Shown here: in pieces, positions 10,501 through 21,502 of the stretch
How the letters are laid out: every line of letters starts with the position of its first letter
How positions within the stretch are numbered: the first letter of the stretch is position 1
Made by a program: the position numbers and the translations under genes
Origin: Takakia lepidozioides
Taxonomy: Eukaryota; Plantae; Bryophyta
DNA: 64,000 nucleotides
Reading direction: 5' to 3'
Assembly: GCA_030704615.1 (NCBI GenBank)
Contig: CM060734.1
Span: 23,746,001 to 23,810,000, forward strand
Notes under the pieces: generated by a model
What the model saw: the letters and a program-made list of their open reading frames with translations, nothing else
Told to the model about the DNA's origin: nothing
Database searches by the model: none

Positions 10501-12127
10501 AATGTCAATTGTGAACACTACCCTGGCAGCTCTGGAAAAGGGAAAGAGGTCCATGGCGACATCTTCAGAGAATTGTACCAGATTCATTTTATGAACAAGA
10601 CCCGGGTGGCCATGTTTGCAAAATGTGGGTGCATATAGGATGCAAAGGGGAGTGTTCGACACTATGGCTGAACGAGATGTGGTGTCGTGGGGTGCGATGC
10701 TTGCAGGGACGTGGGATGGAGGCTTTGAAGACCTATGAGCCAATGATGGGGGAAGCACATCATGTTTGTGTGCATTTGTAATGCTTGTGCAGCCTGGCAG
10801 CCCTGGAGAAGGGCAAAGAGGTGCATGGGGATATCATCAAAGCTGGAATGGTACAAAATGTCAATTTGAGCACTGCCTTGGCAGCTCTGGAAAAGGGGAA
10901 AAGAGGTGCATGGGCGACATCTTCAGAGCTGGAATTGTACCAGATGTCATTCTGAACAAGACCCTGGTGGACATGTTTTCAAAATGTGGGTGCATCTAGG
11001 ATGCAAAGGGAGTGTTCAACACTATGGCTGAACGAGATTTGGTGTCGTGGAGTGCGATGCTTACAGGGTATGCACAGCAGGGACATGGGATAGAGGCTTT
11101 AGAGACCTATGAGCAATTGATGTGCGACGGGGTGAAGCCCGACCACATCATGTTTGTGCGCGTTTGCAGTGCGTGTGCAAGCCTGGCAGCCCTGGAAAAG
11201 GGCGAAGAGGTGCGTGGCGACATCGTCAGAGCTGGAATTGTACCAGATGTGATCCTGAACACTGCCCTGGTGGACATGTATGCCAAATGTGGGTGCATGG
11301 AGGATGCAAAGGAGTGTTTCGACAATATGGCTGAACGAGATGTGGTGTCATGGAATGCAATGATCGCAGGATATGCACAACATGGTTGTCATAGGGAGGT
11401 CGTGCAACTATTTGAAGGAATGCAAAAGAACGGCTTGAAGCCGAGCAATATCACCTTTATATGTGTTCTCTCTGCATGCAGCCACGCTAGTCTACTGAAT
11501 GAAGGAAGACGCTACTTTGATTCCCTGAGTCAAGATCATGGTGTTACTCCGACAGTAAAGCACTTTGGCTGCATGGTGGACCTTCTTGGACGTGAGGGAC
11601 AACCCGATGAGGCAGTGGACAGGATTAATAAAATGCCCATAAATCCAGGTGCTGTGGTGTGGAAGGCCTTGCTTGGTGCCTGCAGAATCCATGGCAATGT
11701 GGAGATGGCTGAACGTGCAGCAACATCTATCCTCATGTGGGCTGAACAGGATGCCGCGACTTATGTGTTCCTCTCAAACATCTATGTTGCAGCTGGCAGG
11801 TGGGATGATACTGCAAAGGTGAGAAGAATGATGAAGGTCAAAGGGGTTAGAAATGAGCCAGGTCGCTGCTGCATTGAGGTTGGCAACATGGTGCACACCT
11901 TCGTTGTAGATGACAAGTTGCATCCCAGAATTATGGAAATCCATGCTGAGTTGAGAAGATTGGCTGGGAAGATGAAGGAGGTGGGGTATGTGCCTGATAG
12001 GCGCTTTGTATTGCATGATGTGGGGGAGGAGGAAAAGGAATTTTCTCTTTGCCACCACAGTGAGAAGCTGGCCTTGATTTTGGCATATCCACGGGAAATG
12101 ATAGTGGGGTCTACCCAACATAGGTGA
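7509..12127 (+). pseudogene. PLS-class PPR-E-DYW RNA-editing factor pseudogene with truncated DYW domain
   Basis: N-terminal motif HVNMFCEAGRLKEAL (~7819-7863), then many frameshifted P/L/S motifs. ORF 11012..12127 has P2-L2-S2, E1/E2 (WKALLGACRIHG, YVFLSNIY), a PG box (EPGRCCIEV...HTF) and GYVPD...HHSEKLA, but lacks CxxCH and the terminal DYW. Confidence 0.9.
8521..11177 (+). repeat. Seven tandem copies of a ~360-390 bp PPR-coding unit
   Basis: Unit starts (caagc[c/t]tggcagccctggagaaggg) at ~8521, 8910, 9297, 9686, 10059, 10432 and 10790. Confidence 0.9.
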
Positions 12128-12272
12128 GAAGTCAGCCCATAATTGCACTTGACTGAAGGGGTGATATTGGACTGACTTTGGTGACAGTGGATGGAATCAA
12201 AGTGCTGTCCTGATTCTAGGTTTGGGTGGTATGGCTGAACGAGATGTGGTGTCATGTTTGCTGCATGAATTC

Positions 12273-14468
12273 TAGGCTGTCATTGTCAGTTGCTAGCAAC
12301 AAGGCAAGGATGTATGCATGATTTGTGCAGAGGCATGGATAGCTGAAGGAGCAGGGACGGAGTGTGGGTTTTGATTCATCCAAGAGGGCCGGATTTCAAG
12401 CTTCAGATCACCTATGACTCCCTGTGGAAGGATAGCTACAAGAAACCTGCATGGGTAGATGGTCAACTGGAAGCCGCAGTAGCATCGGTACGATTGATAA
12501 AATCAGGCACTGCTCATGAAGGCACCTTCTTCAACACGTTTCACCCTGTTTTTCCCTCTGATCAGAATCGGCCCTAAATGTTGAATTCTGCAAGTTAGCT
12601 GGTTGAGTGAACCTTAAATAGTTTGGAGTGACTTTGACATGATACTGCCAATGTAACAACAGGATTAGTATCCAGAAACAGGTAACAGAGACGAGGAGAA
12701 ACTGTGGAATGAATACTTTTCTGACCCAGTCAACGGTGGGACAATCAAGAAAAAAGGTGAATGCCTGTTGGATTACAAAGAGTAGCAGATGCAATTGAGC
12801 ATAGGAAACTAGAGTGATAAGTTGAGTTGGGTGTTTCCTAGAACAGATGTAGGCTGTCATTGTCAGCTTCTAGCAGCAAGGCAAGGATGTATGCATAATT
12901 TGTGCAGAGGCATGGATAGGTGAAGGAGCCAAGAGGGCCGCATTTCAAGCTCCACATTACCTACGATTCCTTGTGGAAGGATGTCTACAAGAAACCTGCA
13001 TGGGTAGATGGTCAACTGGAAGCCACAACAGCAGCAGCGCCACAATTGATAAAATCAGACACTGCTAATGAGGGCACCTTCTTCAACACATTTCACCCTG
13101 TTTTTTCCTCTTATCATAATCCTTCTTCTTCCATGTTGAATTCTGCAAGTTAGCTGGTTGAGTGAACCTTTGATAGTTTGGAGTGACTTTGACATGATAC
13201 TGCCAAAGTGACAACATTAAAGTATCCAGAAACAGGTAACAGAGATGATGAGAAGCTGTGAAATGAGTATTTTTCTGACCCCAATCAATGGTGGGACAAC
13301 CGAGGCAAAAAGGTAAATGCCTGTATAATTACAGAGAGTAGCAGACACAATTCAACATAGGAATGAGTGTGAAAAGCTGAGTTGGTGTTTCCTAGAACAA
13401 ATATAGGCTGTCATTGTCAGCTGCTAGCAGCAAGACAAGGATGTATGCATGATTTGTGCAGAGGCATGGATGGTTGAAGGAGCGGGGATAGAGTGTGGGT
13501 TCAGATTCATCCAAGAGGGCCGGATTTCAACCTCCAGATTACCTCTACACCTCTCTCCCCTCTCCGTGTCTATATAATAAGTCTGGTCACTATTACTCAC
13601 TGCTCACCCCACGGAATGATTCCCTATGGAAGGATAGCTACAACAAACCTGCATGGGAAGATGGTCAACTGGAAGCCGCAGCAGCAGCGGGACAATTGAT
13701 AAAATCAGGCACTGCTAATGAAGGCACCTTCTTCAACAAATTTCACCCTGTTTTTCCCTCTTATTAGAACCGGCCCTAAATTTCCATGTTGAATTCTTCA
13801 AGTTAGTTGGTTGAGTGAATCTAGTTTGGAGTGACTTTGATATGATACTGCCAATGTGACAATAGGAAAGTATCAAAAAATAAGTAACAGAGATGAGGAG
13901 AAGCTGGGGAATGAACACGTTTCTGACCCCAGTCAACGGTGGGACAATCGAGACCAAAAGGTGAATGCTTGTTAGATTACAGAGAGTAGCCGACACAATT
14001 CAGCATAGGAACTAGAGTGATAAGCACCGTTGGGTGTTTCCTAGAACAACTCTATGTTGTCATTGTCATCTGCTAGCAGCAAGTGCAAGGATGAATGCAT
14101 GATTTGTGCAGACACATGGATAGCTGAAGGAGCAGGGATAGAGTGTGGGTCCAGATTCATCCAAGAGGGCCGGATTTCAAGCTCCAGATTACCTATGATT
14201 CCCTGTGGAAGGGAAACCTGCATGGGTACATGGTCAACTGGAAGCCACAGCAGCAGTGACACAATTCATAAAATCAGTCATTGCTAATCAAGGCACCTTC
14301 TTCAACACAACTTCAAACCTGTTTTTCCCTCTTATCATAATCGGCCCTAAATTTTTCATGTTGAATTCTGCAAGTTAGCTGGTTGAGTGAAGCTTTTGAT
14401 AGTTTGGAGTGAACTTTGACATGCTACTGCCAAAAGTGACAACACAGGAATTATCCAGAAAACAGGTT
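12273..14468 (+). repeat. Four tandem copies of a ~550-650 bp unit
   Basis: Units begin taggctgtcattgtcag at ~12273, 12850, 13404 and ~14053; the last copy is truncated. Copy 3 has a ~70-bp insertion at ~13545-13616. Confidence 0.9.
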
Positions 14469-15399
14469 CCAATCTTGGTTCGTTAAGGAACTCATGGTTT
14501 GTGCACTGTAGGGGCAGAGAGTTTTGAGGTGTTATCTAATACATTTGTCACGTGCTCTTCTTCATGCAGTTCATTTGATTTCGTGCATTGATGCATGGTC
14601 TGTTATGTTCTGGAAGTCTGGAATCACATAGGGCAATGACATGATCACCCCAGTGTGCAGGGATGTGTTGGTTTTGCAATTGCGTAGTAGTTAGATTGAT
14701 CGTAGCATCCGTGTTGCTCTTCAGACATAGTAGAAACAAATATTGCACATGTTATGAACTATAAGTCGCAGCCCCCAAGTCAGTGCAACCAGCAGGGGTG
14801 CCTGGTTTCCCAACCCACAGTCGATGTAGTCACTAGTGAGGTAGTGCCTTTTCAACCTCCAGTTTGCATTTGTCATTTTCAACACTCCAATGTTGTCGAC
14901 TCCACTTGCAAGGTCGTGAAGGCAACCAGCAGACAAACTCACTGCGCCAACGTGTTTTTGTGCCTCAAGCTTGCATTGTGGGCGAGACCCGAGAAAGCCA
15001 CGCGTGTCCTGAAGGTAACCGCTAGTCCGGTCGCTACTACGAGTCCAGCACTCCGAGACTTAGTTCACAACTTCGCAGTCTGGACACGTGCAGTTGTTTG
15101 TTGAAACGACTTGCTATTTATTTTTGAATTTAGTGGTTATACTAGTTTGTAGTACAAGATTCGTAAACATTCAGCAGCTGAAGCAACGGCGGCTAACGGC
15201 GCGTGTGTCCTCTCAGGAAAACACGTGGAGTAGTTTTCACACCGAGCCCCACGTGGTTGTATTACCGGCGTGCACACGGTGGGGAAAGTCGGAACCCAAG
15301 GTCAAAAAGTCCACGTGGTCAAGGTCCAAGATTCAGTCAACGCCGGCACGTGGCAACACCGCGTGGCCACACCTTAAAAAATTTTACCCTGCAGTCGGC

Positions 15400-15570
15400 G
15401 TCACGACTGACTGGGAACGACTCCGACCATCGTAATGATCGGGAACGACTGGGGCTGTCCGATAGGTCTTGTCCTTTCGGAGTCGTAAGGCGCCCAGTCG
15501 TTTTTGAACTGAAACGGACTGGTGTTTCCAGTCATTTTTGAGTCGTTGATTTCGGCGATTCCTTGTAGTG
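15400..15570. mobile_element. Probable CACTA transposon terminus
   Basis: Ends in ccttgtagtg (reverse complement CACTACAAGG), preceded by clustered short gtcgt/acgac repeats. No partner terminus was found. Confidence 0.5.
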
Positions 15571-16800
15571 CTTGTGGCTGGAAATGTAAGCCTTAGGGGA
15601 TTTCAGGAAGCTGGGCAAAGGCTGTGTGGAAGTGCTTAGGTCCTTGTGTTAGGAGAGCATCAAGGAGCCCACGGGAGCCAAGGGTTAAGGGTGATATTAC
15701 CTCTTGTGTGATCTTCCTCATGACGCATCTGAGGTCCTCTTTGTCCTTCCCTGGGCTTCACATGAGCCCCTTCGTTGCCTTGAGCACGTTGGGGTAGTGG
15801 TTAGCTAGGAGCAACCACTACCCGTGGTGTATCCTTAGTAAATCCCACCATGACCACTCGTTCCTCCACCATGTTGAGCTCTATCCGCTTTGCCAGCAAA
15901 AACACATTTGCTAAGGTGGGTTGGGCCGCTTGTAAGAGAGTTGCATCCCGCACCCTTCTCTTCAGCTCCTTGTCCAATATCCCATACCAGAATTGGACTG
16001 CCTGAGCTTCCGTAACCCCTTGGGTTACATTTATCAAGCGCCTCATGTGAGTGAAAGCCTCCCTCAAGCTCTCAGTCGGCTTCCGTTGGAACTCTTGCAA
16101 GCTCCGCAACTTCTCTGTCCTCACCCCTTGGAGTTCCCTCTCAACTCTTCGAAGAACTCCACAACAGGGTTGAAGGCAGGCACGGGTACTGGTGCTGGTG
16201 CGGCAGTGGCTTGGTTGGATGTCGTAGCTATGGTACCACTAGTCCCACTAGTCCCACTACTGCTTGTTGAAGCTGCCGGTGCAGCTGCAGGTGTAGCCAC
16301 TGCCCTCGTGGCTCTAGTGCCCCTAGTGATGGAGACATAGTCAGGTGACCAGTACATCCTCCACTCCTCGATCTCAACCTCATGCCCCTACATGAACTCA
16401 TGGTAATCATCCATGGGCGGCCCCTCAAGGTGCTGAAACAGCCCCTTCCATGCCATGAAAGACGTAAATAGTTGTGGATTGCGCATTTGCTGCAAATCAC
16501 ACCAACTATAAAACTCTGGATAAATCAATCCAGCTCAATGGTGCCCACTGCTCCAGAGTACCTACGTGGCCCCTTGGTAGCTCCATACATCTCCTCCATT
16601 GTATCCCACAACAATGGCAAGGAAGTAACTTGCACCGTCGGCTTGAACCCTCCTGATTTAGAGTCTGAATCAAAACCTTCCTTGGAAGACACAGGAGGTG
16701 AAGGTGGCCTAAACCGCACACCTCGTCTTGTGTACCCACTAGTATCGCTAGTGCTCGAACCGGCACTCTCCCCAGCAACTAGTGGCACCTCCGTGTTGAC
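15571..16800 (-). mobile_element. Second, truncated gag copy of the same Gypsy family
   Basis: Minus-strand ORFs 16525..16788, 16121..16357 and 15801..16124 give PLLWD.MEEMYGA.KGPRRYSG, MYWSPDYVSITRGT and RTEKLRSLQ.FQRKP, nearly identical to 303-1599. Confidence 0.92.
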
Positions 16801-17427
16801 AAATTGACACTCAACCGGTCATGAACATGTCCATAACCCCCTTTCCACAAGGTAACCAGGTAGAGAACTTGTTGCGGCTTATGATTTGGAATACTAGGTC
16901 CCTAACTGCACCTGCACCTGCACCTGAACTGCCCTCCACTGGTCATGAATGGGTGTCCATTAATCCCATAGTGATCTGCACCATTCCTTGTGAATTTTTG
17001 ATTAACCTCTGAGCCGCCATGTCTTTTCACTACACAAGGCAACCTTCCTTTCAAGTTGACTGCAAAGCTAGGGCAGCCTACTTTCCCTCTGCTCTTTGCT
17101 ATTGGGGTTGCAGGCTGTTCAATTGAATCAGCTTCCTTGCTGATTGCACTATCATGACCCTCTGGAGCACATACCCACTCCTCAACTTCTATGTTTAGGT
17201 TGCTCAGCAACTGATCATCTGCCTCCTCCAGTAGTTTTTATCTGTGTCACAATCAGATCCGTAGGATGCAGGAGAATCTCGCCCTTAGCACAAGAAATAC
17301 CAGATCTTGTGTCACCACAACTCACCAGATCTGGTTCAAATGAAATCTGGTTGCTGAGATAAATCCCTGAATCTGAATTCCCTTCAATGAAGTCCATGCC
17401 CTGAGAGTGTTGTTCCTTGAGCATCTC

Positions 17428-18078
17428 TTAATCTTCTTGGTCATCAATGCTTGAGACTGAAACGTCCTTAGGAACAAGCTTATTGGCAAGTCTGGTTTCA
17501 TTTACAGCCTTGGTTGAGATCTTGTCCGTGAATTTTGTTAGCACTTCATCAAACTCATTGTTACAACATACCTCCATGAGGTTTTCTTTGTGAGATGCCA
17601 TCAATGCTTGCTCACACTTCCTGCTGCACTTCCCTTCAGAGTGTCCAAGATCCCTGCAATTTCCACAACAGAATTCCTTTGCTGCTGTCCCATACCCCGG
17701 ATTGTGACATCTGTCATATCTGATCATGCCTTCTTCCATAGGGCAGAACGCCGCCATGTGTCCTTCTTGTTGGCAAAACTTGCACAACTTGACAACCCGT
17801 GGTGGGATTTTGCTAGCTGAAGCCTCATCAATCATTGGGCCCTTACTGAAGAACCTCTGCGTAGTATCCTTCAATGGGTCACGGTGCTTGGCCATACAAT
17901 CCATGAATGTGTCTCCTCTACATCATTTCTCCCAAGTAGTTCCTGAGGGTTTCCTTTCAGCATACCCAAGGCTCGTTCAGCCTGGATTGCACTCTCCAAA
18001 GCTTTCTTCATATCTCGAATCGGCAGTCCCATCATGGCCTCATAATCTTAGGGCGCATCCCCTTTACAAACCTCTATA
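17428..18078 (-). pseudogene. Different Gag-like fragment with two CCHC knuckles
   Basis: CKFCQQEGHMAAFC and CGNCRDLGHSEGKC. The frameshifted upstream sequence reads RFVKGM...PIRDMKKALESAIQAER, resembling a capsid C-terminal region. Confidence 0.65.
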
Positions 18079-18100
18079 GTCTTGGCCCCGATATTATCGA

Positions 18101-18132
<32 letters not shown>

Positions 18133-19724
18133 TTTCAGGCAACCGCTTGGCGACAACGATCATATATATGGTATGCGTGGATGGAGGTGATCTTTGAGCA
18201 GCACCCTGATGATGCGACCTCATTATCGGGTGAATGCCAAAATAATGGATGTGCGCTGCTCAGATATCGGCCTCATTCGACGAGCTATGAACCGCATGAA
18301 TGTGTGAGTATCCATTTACAAATGGTAACTATGCAATGTAAAAGTCAAGAATTTAAAAATATATATACAATGTAAAGTCAGTTTTTAGGTGATGTGACGC
18401 ACGTCAGGACGTAACTTCGGACGTGACACTGTTCCAACGTTGTGTTTGTCTATCTAAGAGCTAGTGTTTTTGAAATGGACGACTCATATCTACTAGTTAC
18501 GAACTACACTAGTTATGTAACTAACTAGTCTAGCTTAATAAATTTTCAGTTGAAATAATTTGTTTTCTATGTGCAGACATGAATGGATGTATTTGTGTCA
18601 TCCTCAAATAGCAATGCACCGAGGTTTTAAGCGGCTCTTAGTAGACAGCAAGAATGACGATTTTCAATTTTTTAACCAGATAATATATTTGGTACCATTA
18701 TATGGGGTTGATGATATCTTTCATACTTGCTCACACTTATAGCAAGAGCTTTAATATTTCATGAGATCCCATTAGCAACGCATGGATGAAAGATTATATG
18801 AAGAATTCAGTTACAATGATTAACATTGTCAACATGCATCTTTGTCTATATGTGAGGAATAATTATGTACTAATGTCGTATGATTGTCATATATGATTGA
18901 TTCACCTTGATCTACATGTGGCCTAGAAGTTTAGAAGATTTTGAGGGCCATGACATTTTGTCATTTCTTCTCAAAGTACGTCTTTAAGAAGAGACAAATT
19001 GATAGATGGATATGAATTTTTCATGAAATCCACAATGACATGTGACAAAGTACAGGTCTATATTCAAGAAAAAGAATCCGGACTCTCAACACTCGGGCGG
19101 AGCTCCGCCCTCTCACCATTTTCTTCGCCAAAGTGTGTAGTCATGGTTACTTTCTAGGGTTCCACTATCCCTTTTATCTCTTACGTGCCTTTCTACCGGC
19201 CCCTGTTTCATAGGCTCCGCCTTTTTAAGCTCTCTCTAAGTTTAGCTCTGCTCGCCGCCATGGCCAAGTTGGTCTCTCCCCCCGCTGTTGCGCAGCGTTG
19301 GGGCCTTGCTCAGAAATTGCTGCTGTCCTCCGCTCGCGGAAGCCTTGCATGCCCTCAAGGCTCTCTAGGAACGTATCCGTGAGAGTGTGCGGTTCCCCTG
19401 TCTCAAGTGGTGACAATCTGGGGGGGATGCTATTCTGTGAGCAGATCTCGCGAGCAGCGTGGAGCAGAAATTTGCTCACGCTTCAGGATCTGTCCCCCTA
19501 TAACCGCGGGGCGCCTACTCTCGACTTAGAATACCTATTACTGCGCAGAGTGGCCAGTATTACAAGCTCGGTTATGGATGCTGCTGGGATGAATGAGGGA
19601 TGAATGGCGGATGAATGTCTGTATGAAAATGAGACATGGATGAATGAAATAAATGAAATAATACAAAGTTGTTTTTGAGTAAGTAGCTCCCAAATCCCCT
19701 GAGCTCCGAAATCCTTTAAACCAT

Positions 19725-21500
19725 GCTAGTCTTGCTTGCAAATCAATAACCATGCCGTCTGGCACATCCACAAACTCCTCCTAAATAGACCTGAAACACG
19801 TTGGTTCTCCCTCATCTATGCAGGCACCTACCAGGGTAGACCTCCCGACCACACGGTGCCCACATGACTACTACCATGCTCGTGTAGACCCGCTCCCCCT
19901 GCACAATTGCCCTGCCCGACTCTGCCCCGACATCCTCCTGGTGCTCGGGTTGCCTATCGGCACCTCACTCCTAGCATACCATCCCCGAACTCACTATACA
20001 CTTCATTGAGTTTACATAATGTAATGACCCGTTGCCCCCGCCTCCTCCATACTTGAAAACGCCAAAAATATGGCCCCACTCATTCAGGCTATTCGCCGTC
20101 GTGGCTGGTCTACCGGCCCCCTAACAGTCATTACAGCTGGCACACGGGGTTCCTCCATACTTGAAAAACGCCAAAAATATGCCCCACTCATTCAGGCTAT
20201 TCGCCGTCGTGGCTGGTCTACCGGCCCCCTAACAGTCATTACAGCTGGCACACGGGGTGGAATACACAATGCCAATATCTCTGCCCTCACAATAACTTCA
20301 AAATCCCACTTATCCCTATCCACAAATGTTTTTTCAGCTATCCACCTGACGGCACTCCGTTCCCTCACTGCTATTATCACCAACAAAAGACAACTTGAGT
20401 CGCATACCTCTTTGACCTCCTGACTCCGCCTCTACCCCAGGGGTACCCCCCTTGGTACCCTCCCCAAACCACCTACCCTAGGTCCCCGGGGTGCCCTCTG
20501 GGCACCACCCTAGCTTTATAGGGCCCACCCCCGAAAGGGGGCAGTAGCCGCAAGGTGAAGTGGCTCTTAGTTATGCCGGCTGCAAGCCGGAGTCATCTCT
20601 TTCTCTGATATGCCCAATACATGGGCCACCAGCGCAAGCACATTTTCTGGTCGCGTCTCTATCCCTCCCCAAACTGCCCACTTTGTGATAATACCCACCA
20701 GGCCCGTGACACCTGGCCTCATCTACTTAGTCAATGCACGCACCCAGTCATCCATGGCCTTCGTATTAGCCGTCATAATCATGCTGTTTGGCATATCCAT
20801 AAACTGCTCCTAAATAGACCTGAAACACGCTGGTTTTCTCTCATCAATGTTTGGACCTATTAGGGCCGGCCCCCGGACCATACTGTACCCCCCTAGGCCC
20901 TACCATGTTCGTGCAGGACCTGCTCGCCCTGCTCATCCCGCTAGACTCTACCCTGACATACTCCTTGTACAAGGGCTGCCCATAAACGCCCCACCACCAG
21001 ACATCCCATCCCCTGAACTAATTCTCATACACTTAATCGAATTTACATACTGTAATGACCGCTACCCTTCCCCCTCCACATTAGAAAAACGCCAAAAATA
21101 CGCACCGCTCATATAGCCATTGCCGCCAGGGGTGGACCACAAGCCCCCTCACAGTCATCTCCGCTGGTACTAGAGGTGGCATCCACACCGCTAGTATTTC
21201 TGCCCTCCACAACAACCTCAAAATCCCCCTCTCCCCTAAACAAAAATGTTTCAAAGCTATCCATCTACCTGACTGCGCTTCGTTCCCTCACTGCTATTAT
21301 CACTAACAAAAGGCAGCTCGAATCACATACTTCTCCAGCCTCTTGATACCACCTATATCCCTGGGGTTCCCTACAAAATTCACCCGCCCCCGGACCGTGG
21401 GCCCACTAGCTTTTATAGGGCCAACCCCCGAAAGGGGGCAGTAGCCGCAAGGTGAAGTGGCTCTTAGTTACGCCGGCCTCGGCCGGAGTCCTCTCTCTCT
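19725..21500 (+). mobile_element. Two tandem 5'-truncated copies of an RLE-encoding non-LTR retrotransposon 3' end (Dualen/RandI-like)
   Basis: CPLC...DTWPHLLSQC knuckle, RHNHAV, YPDILLV, IEFTYCND and EKRQKY (PD-(D/E)xK-type RLE). A shared ~85-nt terminus lies at 20510-20594 and 21406-21490. Copy 1 has an internal 108-bp duplication (20043/20151). Confidence 0.8.
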
Positions 21501-21502
21501 TT

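Noticed and set aside
19185-19660. GC-rich stretch ending in (TGAA)-like repeats, possibly another LINE 3' end
   Set aside because: No diagnostic protein motif or TSD could be identified.
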